A DNA stretch of 63,997 bases, the filler included, from Sanchytrium tribonematis (taxonomy: Eukaryota), in NCBI GenBank assembly GCA_018985235.1. It is 10 parts of 10 records of this genome, joined end to end, with 100 filler letters (N's around TTAATTAATTAA, not from the genome) between each part and the next. Parts side by side here need not be neighbours in the genome. Positions count along the whole stretch, not along the records: positions 33,852 to 38,192 come from JADGIG010000734.1; positions 38,293 to 42,627 come from JADGIG010000735.1; positions 42,728 to 47,062 come from JADGIG010000736.1; 7 more parts are not named here. One strand, written 5' to 3'. Under the pieces are notes generated by a model that was not told the DNA's origin, searched no databases, and worked only from the letters and a program-made list of their open reading frames with translations. Positions 35,860-47,062 of the stretch are shown here, piece after piece. A program made the position numbers and the translations under genes. The stretch's first letter is position 1; every line of letters starts with the position of its first letter.

Positions 35860-36369
35860 TCATTTATTCATTTCGTGAAGACCTGTTAGTGCAACCATTG
35901 CAGCATCCCACTCGTGTTCTGTAGCTAATAGCTCCGTATTTGTGATCTCATTTAGTGCATCATAGGCTTCATAATTTGTTACTGATTTTGGTACTTTTTG
36001 CAAATTGTATTTTGATTTCCAAGCAGATGGCAACACAGCAAATGACCCATATCCTACTGTATAGAAAAAAGTGAAAATTGCTGTTTGCATGGAATTGTTG
36101 TACACGTCATTTGCAATACAATTTGGTCCATGTTTCACGCCCTGTTTCTCAACAAAAGCAGCTTTGATCATTGGATAATGGCATTCCAATTTAATCATAT
36201 AATTCAATAAAGTGTTAGTCATGTAGTCCATTTTATCCCCATTTTCATGGCCTTCAAATGAGTTTAACATGGTTTCATTGCCATTATCTGTCATATCAAT
36301 AATAGAATGCTGAAGAAGAACAACAATAGCACAAGTGTTTTGAGCAGGATCGCATCCGATGATGATCAT
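35860..36369 (-). CDS. RuvC-fold Holliday junction resolvase-like protein
   Basis: IIGCDPA, FVEKQ, PSAWK and HEWDAAMVAL in RuvC/poxvirus A22 order within 169 aa; ORF intact. Confidence 0.75.
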   Translation of the reverse strand: MIIIGCDPAQNTCAIVVLLQHSIIDMTDNGNETMLNSFEGHENGDKMDYMTNTLLNYMIKLECHYPMIKAAFVEKQGVKHGPNCIANDVYNNSMQTAIFTFFYTVGYGSFAVLPSAWKSKYNLQKVPKSVTNYEAYDALNEITNTELLATEHEWDAAMVALTGLHEMNK

Positions 36370-36464
36370 TTATTTATGAAAGCGAAGCTCGAATCTTAAG
36401 TAAAACGGGGAACACAATCATTAGTCGGTTGAACAGATCGTTTCATCTGATTTATCCAAACATA

Positions 36465-37148
36465 ATGTTTGGAAATGTTACAAGATATTCAGACCCTAAA
36501 TACAAATCGAATTTCCAAAGTGGAGTTTTTGCTGTTGATGATTATGCTGATGATTACGCGCAATATAAAGAGAACAGTCCTGTACTTACAAAACACCAGA
36601 CAATTGGTCTTTACGGACTTTTTGTGCCTATCTCCCATCAACAAAATGTTGAATTGAGCGATGAAAATAAGGATTTTTTTGTGATGCATCGCGAATTTAA
36701 TGGAGATAACACTCCAGGCCTATTGATAGGACCAATTCAATTTGTAAATTATCAATGTGTACGACCAAATGTTGACATCTTATTTAATTCAGATAGTAAA
36801 ATTACTTATTTGAAAGCAAATAAAGACATTAAAAATGGAGATGAATTAGTGGCATTCTACGGTGATGATTATTTTGGAGAAAATAATCAGCAATGTCAAT
36901 GTAAGGTTTGTAAAAAACAATTACCAGAATTAGAACCAATATTTAAATCATCAGAAACTTTAAGATTATAAAAAAACTACAACAGTTATTTCCATCCTAA
37001 TAAGAATGTATTAAATGCTTATAAATCTACCTGGAAAGAGATGAGTGATCTAACTTATATCGGATTTCATGAAATGACTTTTTATGCAGAAATTGCCGAA
37101 TTTCTTCATCAGACGAACCAATTGTTGCTTTCAAACTATCAATGCTAA
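36465..37148 (+). pseudogene. SET-domain protein (Set9/Suv4-20-like motifs); TAA at 36969 may be premature
   Basis: GVFA, GPIQFVNYQC..PN, DIKNGDELVAFYGDDYFGENNQQCQCKVC; frame stays open 58 codons past the stop. Confidence 0.7.
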
Positions 37149-37699
37149 GAGAAAATAATTACAGATAAACACCAAACTGAAAATAATGAAAGTAGATTGT
37201 ATATAGAAGATTTAAAAAACAAAATTCATGCCCTTCAACTTGAATTACAATTATTTGACAATAACAATGATTTATTACCAATACAACAAAACTTATTAAA
37301 AAGCTAAGAAGCAAAACATTATTATAAATATTTGACTTATTATTATAAAAAAATCGACTACACCTCCCCATATTCACAAGTTTTAGACCTTTTTATTCAG
37401 TTTCAAAAACTTATAATACATTAAGAAATCATATCTATTTATTTGAGTTTAAAATTGACTTAGAATCATGCAATAATAATCAACTATGCATTTTAGAGCG
37501 AAGAATTGGTAGATTTGTACAAACTTACAATCTACATTAACTAACAATAGGTGTTTACATTTGTCATTGGCATTTGACGACCCCTTCAATAAATAATATT
37601 ATTATTATTATTATCACAAGTTTTAAAAGAATTAAGGGTAGATAAAACAACTATATTTTGGTTTGAATGTCCTGTTCGTGGTAAAATCGATAAAGAAAT

Positions 37700-37915
37700 C
37701 AATATAGATCGATATATTCACTGACTCCAAAAGCTCTATATCTCAGACTAAACAGTATCAAAGTGGCCACGACCACGGACAGATTAAAAATATCGATCTT
37801 CTTATTCAGGGCAAATTGGACAGAGTAATCATGCATTGGGTTAAAGGACACACATCAGAGGGTGATTCTGATTAGGTAACAATTTAGCAGATTATGGTGC
37901 TGCTTATGCTGGGAA
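37700..37915 (+). mobile_element. RNase H remnant (non-LTR or cellular type)
   Basis: IDIFTDSKSSI, HWVKGH and GNNLAD in order, with stops and frameshifts. Confidence 0.65.
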
Positions 37916-37987
37916 TGGTGAGTTTCTAACAACTCACTTATTGAAATTGAAGAGAAATCCAATATTGAACAAATAAAGTGTTTACCC

Positions 37988-38057
37988 ATCCAATTCCCCC
38001 CGGGGGGGAATTGGATTTTTCGACCAAATAACCTGTTCAATTCCCCGGGGAATTGAA
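37988..38057. repeat. Two related GC-core palindromes
   Basis: ATCCAATT-C6-G7-AATTGGAT (37988-38016) and perfect TTCAATTCCCCGGGGAATTGAA (38036-38057). Confidence 0.9.
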
Positions 38058-38460
38058 TAGATTTTAGTAAATATTTTTTGTAACAAACAAATGGCAAACA
38101 AAAAGCAGACACCGTTAAAGACTAAAAGAAAAGCTTTACGTGATCTAGCAATTCAAAGACTATCTTTAAAAGAAATTTCAAGAAAATATAACNNNNNNNN
38201 NNNNNNNNNNNNNNNNNNNNNNNNNNNNNNNNNNNNTTAATTAATTAANNNNNNNNNNNNNNNNNNNNNNNNNNNNNNNNNNNNNNNNNNNNAAATCATA
38301 TTCCTGTTTCATTTGTTCCATTTCCAATCTCAATTTATTTTGACCAATAATAAATCTGTTTAGCAGGAAATAAAGTCACAAAGTCATATTCAAAGATGCT
38401 ATAATCAAAATCGAATAAAAGCGTGCGATACTTTTCAACGCTTCTCCTTTTGACACAAAA

Positions 38461-41400
38461 ATGAGTGAAAAATTTCAAATTACACCAGAATATTTGTTAA
38501 ACACAAATTTATCCATTCATCAACATCAAGATAAGATCTACTATGCTACTACAACACATTTAGTAGAATTATTCAATGAAAATCAAAAAATATTTCCACT
38601 TTCACACATTATTTCCAATATTTCATATTTTGGAGATTTGGTGGGTATTCTATCACAACCAGATGGCAAATTAATTATCTATCAATTGGATACTATGAGA
38701 AAAAGAAGAGTTATTAAAGAAGAACAGGGTGTTTTGGAGGGAATTTTTGTAAATGCATCCCAATATGCCATTATTACGGAAAAGAAACATTTGAGAGTGT
38801 ATTTGTGGGAAAAGACACAATTATTAGTGGATATTGCATTGGATTTGAATGCTCCTTTAAATTTATTCGCTTTCCAGGAGCATCTTTTTGTTCAAAATAT
38901 GGCTGTAAATATGAAAGAAAAGTGCTTACAGCCTGAGAAAGAATTGGATAGCATTATTCAACATAGTCCAATTGGATTATTAACCAATGATGGTATTTTT
39001 ATCGCTCCTTGGCAATTTTTATCTATTAAAGCAGATTTATTGAATTCTATTGGTTGCACTATATTAAATCAATTCTTATTCATTGCATATCCACAATGTA
39101 TTGTTATTTGCGAAAAGAAACAAGATTATATCCCATTAAAACAGATTGATTTCCAATTAGGCCATATTTCTCAAATTATTTCTAAATCAAATGCCATTTT
39201 ATTATCTACCACAAATGGTGGTATTTATGAATTCAATTATGATTCTAACCCGCAAGATATGTTTAAATGTATATTAAATCCAACAATTTCTAATAAAATC
39301 ATCTGTTCAGCAACAGTCCAACGAAAACCATGGATTGTCTTTGCAACTGATAAATCTTTATGTTTATTCAATTATTTGAATAGATCTGTGCAATTTACAA
39401 AGCCATGCTTAGAAACATGCACTTCTTTGGCAATTCATCCTTCTAGTTTGTATTTAATTGCGACTTTTCCAGAAAGAACTACGATTTATGAAATATTGCA
39501 TAATGATTTCTTAGTTTTTAAAGATGTTCAATTAAGATGGTGCAGAAATGTTCAAATTTGTCGTGGTGGTCATTTATTTGCTCTGGTTGTGAATAATTTG
39601 ATCCAGTTATATGATTTCTGGCTCTGTCAACCCATTTGCGTATTTAAAGGACACCAATCTAATATCGTCAATTTGCAATTTGATGACAAGGACATGTTTC
39701 TGTTTTCTACTGGTAATGATGGATCTTTATACACGTGGAATTTAATCACAAAACAACGCGAAAATGATTTGGTATTAAAGGGGTCAACGCCGTTACAGTC
39801 TATCTGGTTAAATGACTCTAACTGCATCGTATTGCAAGTCGATAGAACCTTGAAAGAAGTTGTGAATAATGCAGTGGCTAATTCTATCCATTTACCAGTT
39901 CCCTGTTTAAATATGGCATTTATCAAAACAATTTCTAGTTTTCTAGTCAATGGAAATGACGGCAAGTCGTATATTTACAAATATCCATTCACAAATCAGC
40001 CACCAATGATTTTATCAGGTCATTCTCATCCAATTATTAATTGTCAAATATTATTCAATTCTGGCAAATTTTTGACCATTTGCGACCATTTATTTATGAA
40101 TCTATGGAACATTACTGGAATTGAGTATTTTGAACCCGTCTTTACAGATGAAATTGTAGTTACTAAAGATGAATTGGATGCCCAATATTCTTTATTAGAA
40201 GATTTAAAAACCAAAACAGAAGAGAAGAAAATGGAAATACAATATCAAATTCAAGTCAAGAAATCATTAAATGAAAAAAAAATTAATGATTTGATGAAAC
40301 AACATTCAAAAGAATTGGAAATGTTGCAATATGAACATGATTTAGAAATGAAAACGTGTTTAGAGCAAGAACAAAAGATTAAAGATGAAATTGCAATGGA
40401 AGATGAACTATTTAATAAATCTAAACTGGAAATGGAAACACATTATCAACAATTGTTGAATTATGAATATGAAAAACAAAATAAATTGAGATTGGAAATG
40501 GAACAAATGAAACAGGAATATGATTTACAAGTACAGCACTATGAAAAAGAATGTCAATTGGAAATTCAAAAAGAAACAGACGCATTAAACCAATTAAAAT
40601 CAGAATTGGCACATGAATTTGATGTGAAACAAGCACAATTGGAAATGAAACAATTAGAATTAAATAAAATGGAGCATATTCAAGATGAAGAATTAACAGA
40701 AGCCCAATTAAAATTGAAATTGGAATTTGATGAAAAGAATAAATTGCTAGATGAAGAAAGATTTAAAATTCAAGCAGATTATCAACATGTTTTAAAACAA
40801 TGTGAGCAATTAGAAAAAGAAATTCATTTACAAGATCAAGATATCCATAAATTAGAAAAAGAAGAATCTGACATGGTTGAAGAATTAAAGCAATTACAAG
40901 CAGATTACAATAAACACCAACAAGAATTATCCCAAATTGATGCAGAAATTAATAATAAAGATGATAAAATCAGTGATTTAAAGCAAAAACAACAAGAATT
41001 AGAGAAGTATAAATTTGTAATGGACTATAAATTGCAAGAATTACAAGATCAAGTCACCCCTAAAAAACAAGAAATCCAACAAATTCAAGAAATGATTGAA
41101 AAAGTCAAACAAGATGAAATCAAGAAATCCAATGATATTTCCAATTTAAATCAACAAATTCATGATATTCAAGTCAAAATTAGCTTAGAACAACAAGAAT
41201 TACAAGTTCAACAATCTAAATACCACAAATTAGAATTATTTGAAAAACGCATTTTATTCAAATTCAAACAAATGGCCAATATCACCAATAAAAAAGAAAT
41301 CAAATTGAAATTACATGAATTATCTCATGAATTTGAAATGATTGATGATTTACCAATGCATTTAGTAAGTGAAAATGAAGAACAACTTCTTTTAAAACAA

Positions 41401-41550
41401 CGAGATCAATTGCAAAAACAAATTCAATTGACACAATCCCGTATTTCTAAACATGAACAATCTCATCAACAACAAATGTCTAAATTATTACAAGAAAATA
41501 TGGTATTGGTGAAACAAATCAAGGAATCTCAAGTGAAAATGGATGAATAA
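38461..41550 (+). CDS. CFAP57: WD40 + coiled-coil axonemal protein CFAP57/WDR65-like
   Basis: IHPSSLY, RGGHLFA, FKGHQS WD repeats; ELEKYKFVMDYKLQEL in the coiled coil. Confidence 0.8.
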   Translation: MSEKFQITPEYLLNTNLSIHQHQDKIYYATTTHLVELFNENQKIFPLSHIISNISYFGDLVGILSQPDGKLIIYQLDTMRKRRVIKEEQGVLEGIFVNASQYAIITEKKHLRVYLWEKTQLLVDIALDLNAPLNLFAFQEHLFVQNMAVNMKEKCLQPEKELDSIIQHSPIGLLTNDGIFIAPWQFLSIKADLLNSIGCTILNQFLFIAYPQCIVICEKKQDYIPLKQIDFQLGHISQIISKSNAILLSTTNGGIYEFNYDSNPQDMFKCILNPTISNKIICSATVQRKPWIVFATDKSLCLFNYLNRSVQFTKPCLETCTSLAIHPSSLYLIATFPERTTIYEILHNDFLVFKDVQLRWCRNVQICRGGHLFALVVNNLIQLYDFWLCQPICVFKGHQSNIVNLQFDDKDMFLFSTGNDGSLYTWNLITKQRENDLVLKGSTPLQSIWLNDSNCIVLQVDRTLKEVVNNAVANSIHLPVPCLNMAFIKTISSFLVNGNDGKSYIYKYPFTNQPPMILSGHSHPIINCQILFNSGKFLTICDHLFMNLWNITGIEYFEPVFTDEIVVTKDELDAQYSLLEDLKTKTEEKKMEIQYQIQVKKSLNEKKINDLMKQHSKELEMLQYEHDLEMKTCLEQEQKIKDEIAMEDELFNKSKLEMETHYQQLLNYEYEKQNKLRLEMEQMKQEYDLQVQHYEKECQLEIQKETDALNQLKSELAHEFDVKQAQLEMKQLELNKMEHIQDEELTEAQLKLKLEFDEKNKLLDEERFKIQADYQHVLKQCEQLEKEIHLQDQDIHKLEKEESDMVEELKQLQADYNKHQQELSQIDAEINNKDDKISDLKQKQQELEKYKFVMDYKLQELQDQVTPKKQEIQQIQEMIEKVKQDEIKKSNDISNLNQQIHDIQVKISLEQQELQVQQSKYHKLELFEKRILFKFKQMANITNKKEIKLKLHELSHEFEMIDDLPMHLVSENEEQLLLKQRDQLQKQIQLTQSRISKHEQSHQQQMSKLLQENMVLVKQIKESQVKMDE

Positions 41551-41707
41551 AATTGATTTATTTACTGTTTTTTATTTTTTATATCTAATAAATAAAGCAA
41601 TAAATAATATAATTGTGTTTTCAGGGAATTTTCTTTAGATTCAAACCATTCCAATTTACTGCTTGATGCTTCTCCTTTAGCAATCCAATTCGATTCAAAA
41701 TTTCATA

Positions 41708-42202
41708 TCACGATTTATTTCGGCTAATTTCACTTTCAAACTTTTTTAGTAGATCCAACACGTTTTGAACCCGTGCAGTCTTGTGAGAACAACAATTTGC
41801 AAAAATTCTATCGTTCCGATTCTCTCTAGGTGGATCAACATGTTTACGCTGTGTTTCGCAATATTTTCTTGCTATTTTGATTTCATTTTTGATTGTTGCT
41901 TGAGGGTACGATCTCAACTTTTCAAACATGGCTTCTAAACTTTCACCAGTAATTGTAACAGCATATATATTAAATTCGCATACTCTTTGTAATGCGTGTA
42001 CTCCAATTAAATTTGAAGGATGGAAATTTGCATTATTGATAATTTTAGTCAATCGTTTTTCAGTTTCATCATGATCGCAATCATCACAATTATTTTCATT
42101 CATACTCGTTCGTTTTAAAAATTCAGATGTAGGTGCTAAAGAATCAAATTTATCAGAGAACCCACATAAAAAGAAAATGATGATTGCGATTTGGGGCAAC
42201 AT
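41708..42202 (-). CDS. Hypothetical secreted protein
   Basis: MLPQIAIIIFFLCG signal-like start, several Cys. Confidence 0.45.
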   Translation of the reverse strand: MLPQIAIIIFFLCGFSDKFDSLAPTSEFLKRTSMNENNCDDCDHDETEKRLTKIINNANFHPSNLIGVHALQRVCEFNIYAVTITGESLEAMFEKLRSYPQATIKNEIKIARKYCETQRKHVDPPRENRNDRIFANCCSHKTARVQNVLDLLKKFESEISRNKS

Positions 42203-42249
42203 TTTTTGGATTAAAAAGAGTCTACATTGGTTCAAATTGTTTATTTAGA

Positions 42250-42627
42250 TCAAAGTTGTAATTTCCATTGATTCAAAATTCCTTTTAATAATGAAATTGA
42301 AATATTCAGGCCAGCAGTAGTTGCTTGATCTTTTGAATTATCCGCAGTTGGGGTTTTAATTTTTTCATTATACTCTTCAATTGTATTTAAAATTTGTTGC
42401 TTAGCAAGTTCGTCGTCCTTGCTTTGTAGTACATTGATGAATTCTGTAACAGAAGTGCCTCTACGATCAAAATGACCGCTATAATATAATATGGCTCTCA
42501 AAGGAATAACTGCTGTACCACTTGGCAAATAGGTTTCTAATCTAAAGTCAAAGTGCTGATTGTGAAATATGGCTTTAACAAATTCGGTTCTGACCTCATT
42601 TGGCAATTTTTCAATTTGCGTTGAAAT
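42250..42627 (-). CDS. Hypothetical protein, 5' truncated
   Basis: Open to the contig edge; no recognised motif. Confidence 0.35.
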   Translation of the reverse strand: MSTQIEKLPNEVRTEFVKAIFHNQHFDFRLETYLPSGTAVIPLRAILYYSGHFDRRGTSVTEFINVLQSKDDELAKQQILNTIEEYNEKIKTPTADNSKDQATTAGLNISISLLKGILNQWKLQL

Positions 42628-42727
42628 NNNNNNNNNNNNNNNNNNNNNNNNNNNNNNNNNNNNNNNNNNNNTTAATTAATTAANNNNNNNNNNNNNNNNN
42701 NNNNNNNNNNNNNNNNNNNNNNNNNNN

Positions 42728-43332
42728 GAATGTGTCAATTAAGTATTTCATACAAAACAAATCCTACTTGGAAAGATTTTGTGATTATTGAGCAATGGGA
42801 TCATTCCTGTCCTGATGCCTTTAATCAATGGACTATTAAATTACCTACCAATTTACCTAGTGGGGATATTGTAGTGGCATTTACATGGTTTAATGCGTGG
42901 TGGCCTGATAATCAACCACAATTTTATACCAATTGTTTCGATTTAAGAGTCTCTGGTAATGTGAATGAAAAAGGATTAAGTGGTATATGTCCATTGGTAT
43001 CTAATATTCTTCCAAATCAGAAATTGGTGATTACGCAAGATTCTACTTGTCCAAATTGTGGGACAAAGAAGTATATGGGAAAGAAAGGGAATCCATTGTT
43101 AGACTCCAAATCAATCACTGTGACGCCAGCTACCAAAATGACGTGTATTGATAAGCCATATGCTAGTATATTGCCAAATCAACCACTGACTAACAATACT
43201 GAAACACCCACTGCACCTATCACAGCACCGGCAGCACCAAATCTACCAGCAGCACCAATTGCGCCAGCAGCACCAGCAGCACCAGCAGCACCTGTCGTCC
43301 CAGATACTTCAAAATGCGAAAAAATAAAATGA
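42728..43332 (+). CDS. AA11-like lytic polysaccharide monooxygenase, 5' truncated, Pro/Ala tail
   Basis: CQLSISY, LPSGDIVVAFTWFN..FYTNCFD; PAA repeats; N-terminal His not visible. Confidence 0.6.
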
Positions 43333-43346
43333 TTTCTTTTAATATT

Positions 43347-44947
43347 TTATTTACTCATCTGCATAGACATACGCTGTTTAGGTCGTCTCATTGGTGTTTT
43401 AGCAACTACAAATCCAACCAATAACAAGTTAATAGCCAATTGGATCAATTGCAAAATATTTAATTTAAATTCAAATTGCTGTATGTTGCCATTCCATCCA
43501 CTTGCTGCTGCTAATAATGTAGTTGCATTTTGCGAGAAAGTAGTCTCTTGTCTCCATGTAGTAATAGATTTGATGGTGGAAGTTGATTTTATATTGATAA
43601 TTGGGCCTAAATCAATTTATAAATACGAGTGACGACAGATGCTTTGATATAATCATTAGAAAATGTGGCGGTGGACTCGCTCGTTGATTCAAAAGTGGCA
43701 GCAGTACTCAATTCAGAAGTGGAATGCAAGGTGCTTGCTTTGGTTGATCCTGCAACAAATGGGGTAGTTTGCAATTCAGTCGTCATCATACTAGATGATT
43801 TAAAAGTGCTAGAGTATGCCAAACTAGTCAGTTTACTAGTGAAATGAGGCATTGTACACTGATATCCATTATTAGCGAACAAATTGCCTTTTTGACATTT
43901 CGCTGGCAAATATTGCAATCCATTAGCATTCAACATTGGATTATATTCCAAATAACACATATTCAATATAGATGTATCTAAAATAGTCACATCTGTGATC
44001 ATATTTACAGAAGCATCTAGAAAATTGGGTTTCTTAAAAACTGCAGGACCTTGAAATTTATTTGCCCATATTCTACATTCTGTACACCCAATGGTCACAT
44101 TTAAACATCCTGTAAACTGATTTTCAATAATGCCCAGTTCTGTAATTTGCTGTAATAATTGATACGGAAATACACTCGCAAATGAATTATATTCAAAATA
44201 TATCGTATTTAGACTTAATGGCCATTCAGTAGGTAATTCACCAGATAATAGATTATAACTGAATGAATAGTATGTAATTTGATTGGGCACACGTTCTACA
44301 GACCCTGAAAAGTAATTGCTATCCATGTACAAGATATTTAATGAATCTGGAAAATTGTTCACAGATCCCGTAAATAAGTTATTAAAACCTCTAAATTCTT
44401 TCAATCCACTTGGTAAATTATTAGGGATATCCCCACTTAAAGAATTGCCTAATAAATAAAGCGTGGTCACTTTTGGAGGTAAAAGTGGAATACTTCCATT
44501 TAAAACATTTCCATAGAGCATCAAAGTGGTCAAATTAGATGGTAAAGTAGATGGAATGGGTCCATATAGCTTATTACTACTTAAATGCAATGTGCTAATG
44601 GAGCTTGGGAGATTCTCAGGGATTTGGGTGGATAATTTCAAATTTGAGTATATTTTTAAAGTATACAGATTCTTGGGTAAACTAGTCGCGTTTAATGTCC
44701 CATTGATATTCGTACCCACTAATTGAATGCTTGTGACTGACGTGGATGTGCAATTAATGGATATTTGAGTGTAATATGTTTGAAATACTTTGGATTGAGT
44801 TGAACTTTGGTAATTACAACAATTTTGAGGAATTAAATTGAACTCTATGGGATCTGTCATGTGCAAATTCAAAGATCTCAAGAAATTCATGGTTAAATCA
44901 CAATCTGTTGCGTATAACATAATAGAGAGCAATGGAAACAATTTCAT
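43347..44947 (-). CDS. Single-pass cell-surface LRR protein, two exons
   Basis: Signal peptide, LRRs, S/T stalk; 20-nt intron 43607-43626 adds an 86-codon TM exon missing from the ORF track. Confidence 0.85.
43607..43626 (-). other. 20-nt spliceosomal intron GTATTTATAAATTGATTTAG
   Basis: Removal gives VVT-R-PIINI..WNGNIQQF..TM..KTPMRR. Confidence 0.88.
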
Positions 44948-45061
44948 GTTTCGTGACGGAAAAAGTCAAGCCACTTTAAAAATTTGAAATCTTAAGTTAA
45001 AAGACGTAAAAATGTTGACTTTTTGGAGAAAACTAGGAGAAATTGTTTTTTTCAATATCTT

Positions 45062-46523
45062 TTAGCTAGTAATTGATTTATTATTAAAGCTATATGATAA
45101 TTTTGTATGTCGTGTCTTGATCAATGTCCGCAATTCAAATATCATCAATATAATCAACATCAAACTCATTAAAATTCTTGAAAACTGTCCCAAATTTATA
45201 TTTAATTGAAACACATGAATATTGCCCACCCATTTCCCCGTTGTAGTGGAAATAGAACCCGTTTGATTACTATTTAATGGCATACTAGTTTTACTCTTTG
45301 ATGCTATCATTTCATGAGTCGTATGTGGTTTTGTTGCACTTAGAATGGGCCCTAAATTAATAAATTTTACGAGTTGGAATTGTAATTACAACTGTAGTTT
45401 CATCTGCCATTAAATTACTCTTCTGTGTTGTCAATGAAGTCACATTTCTAGTAGCACATTTGTAGCTAGTATCTACAAATAATCCAGTTTTAGTGCACAT
45501 AGATGGCAAATTATTGACATTTAATAATGGATTAAAATCAATTTCACACTTTGTAATGGCAGTAGTATTTAAAATAGTCACATTAGTGAACAAATTAAAT
45601 GCCAGTGAGACATAAGTGGGTTTTTGGAGCACGATGGGGCCTTGAAATTGATTATGTTGCAATGCGCAATAGTCGCATATTAAAGTTGTATTTAAGCATC
45701 CAGTAAATTGATTTTCGTAGACGTATAATGCAGTGGATTGTTTCAATAATTGATGAGGTAAAATCCCAATGAGTTGATTATGGGCCACATAAAATTGAGT
45801 TAAAGAAATTGGCCAATCTTGCATTAATTCACCAGTAAATAAATTATATGAAATAGAATATTTAATGCTATGGCTTGGGGTCACATTTATAGTTCCTGTT
45901 AATAAATTAAAATCTAAAATGACATTTGTCAAGGAATCTGGTAGGTAATTGATGGATCCAGTTAGTTGATTATAATAAGAATAAAACCGAGTCAATCCAC
46001 TTGGAAGATTAATTGGAATGGTGCCTTTGATTTTATTACTTGAAATCATTAAGCTGCGAAGATTGGGTGGGAAATTGGGAATGGTGCCATTTAAATTATT
46101 TACTTGCAAGTCTAATGTCACTAAATTGGATGGAAGTTGATTTGGAATAGATCCAGATAGTCTGTTTGTACTCAAAGATAATGTGGATATAGAGTTTGGA
46201 AGATTATTTGGGATTTCACAAGTCAATTTTAGATTAAACGATAAATCAAGATAACTGATATTTTTGGGTAAAGTAGTGGCATTTATGGATCCATTTATAT
46301 TTAAATCATATATTTGAATGGAAGTGACGGAAGTGGAAGTGCAATCGATGGATATTTTAGTGTAAACATCAAAAGTGCTGGTACTTTGATAATTACAGCA
46401 ACTTAGAGGGATGAGGTTAAATTCTATTGGATCTGTGATGTGCATGTTGAGAGATTTGAAGAAATCCAAGGTTAAATCACAATCTGTCGCGTATAACACT
46501 AGAAATAGTGTTTGGAAAATCAT
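45062..46523 (-). CDS. Single-pass cell-surface LRR protein, tandem paralogue, two exons
   Basis: Close N-terminal similarity to the 44947 gene; intron 45352-45370 joins the 45062-45310 TM ORF. Confidence 0.85.
45352..45370 (-). other. 19-nt spliceosomal intron GTAAAATTTATTAATTTAG
   Basis: Removal gives IPT-R-PILS..EMIASK in frame. Confidence 0.88.
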
Positions 46524-46810
46524 ACTGTGTTTCGAAATGGGACACTGAAAGCCACTCCAAAGCTGTAGCGAATGATTTTAGACATTGATGAGTCTATTTA
46601 GTAAACTCACTGGAAGAAACTTGGAGAAATCTAGAAGATTTGGAAGTAGTGAAAATTTCAAAATCTACGACATTTCTGAAGTGTTCTACTAAATTATAAT
46701 GAGCATTTAACCAATAATGAGCCATTGCTAATGATTTTTACTGAGAACAGAGTACAACATGGAGTTTCATAACGCTCGTCAAATTTCAAAATCAAGAATT
46801 ACCCATCCCA

Positions 46811-47062
46811 ATGTTGATCGCGTCTCTTCTTGTCTTTTCAACATCATTAGACTGCTTTACAGTATTAAAACTAGCAAATCAATTACATTTTAAGCCAAAA
46901 TATCCGGTTATTTACCAAAAGATGGAAATAGATTGCTGTAAAAGTCAAGGTATTATTTGTCAAAATAATCGAGTAACAGAAATAAAATGGATAAGTTCAA
47001 ATGGATACACGATGCAAAGTGCCTATTATAAATTTAAGGAGCCAGATACGACTAAATATGAA
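46811..47062 (+). CDS. LRR-family N-terminal cap, 3' truncated
   Basis: SLDC..DCC..GIICQNNRVTEIKW matches the 9683 N-terminus. Confidence 0.6.

Noticed and set aside
35860..36369. Fanzor/TnpB RNA-guided nuclease
   Set aside because: Only 169 aa, no zinc finger or REC/WED region; spacing fits a stand-alone resolvase
34276..37915. DIRS-type retroelement (YR plus RNase H)
   Set aside because: No RT on the contig, and the RNase H has WVKGH/GN..AD motifs of non-LTR or cellular type
43205..43295. GCACCAGCA tandem repeat
   Set aside because: Encodes a Pro/Ala linker; not a CRISPR or satellite
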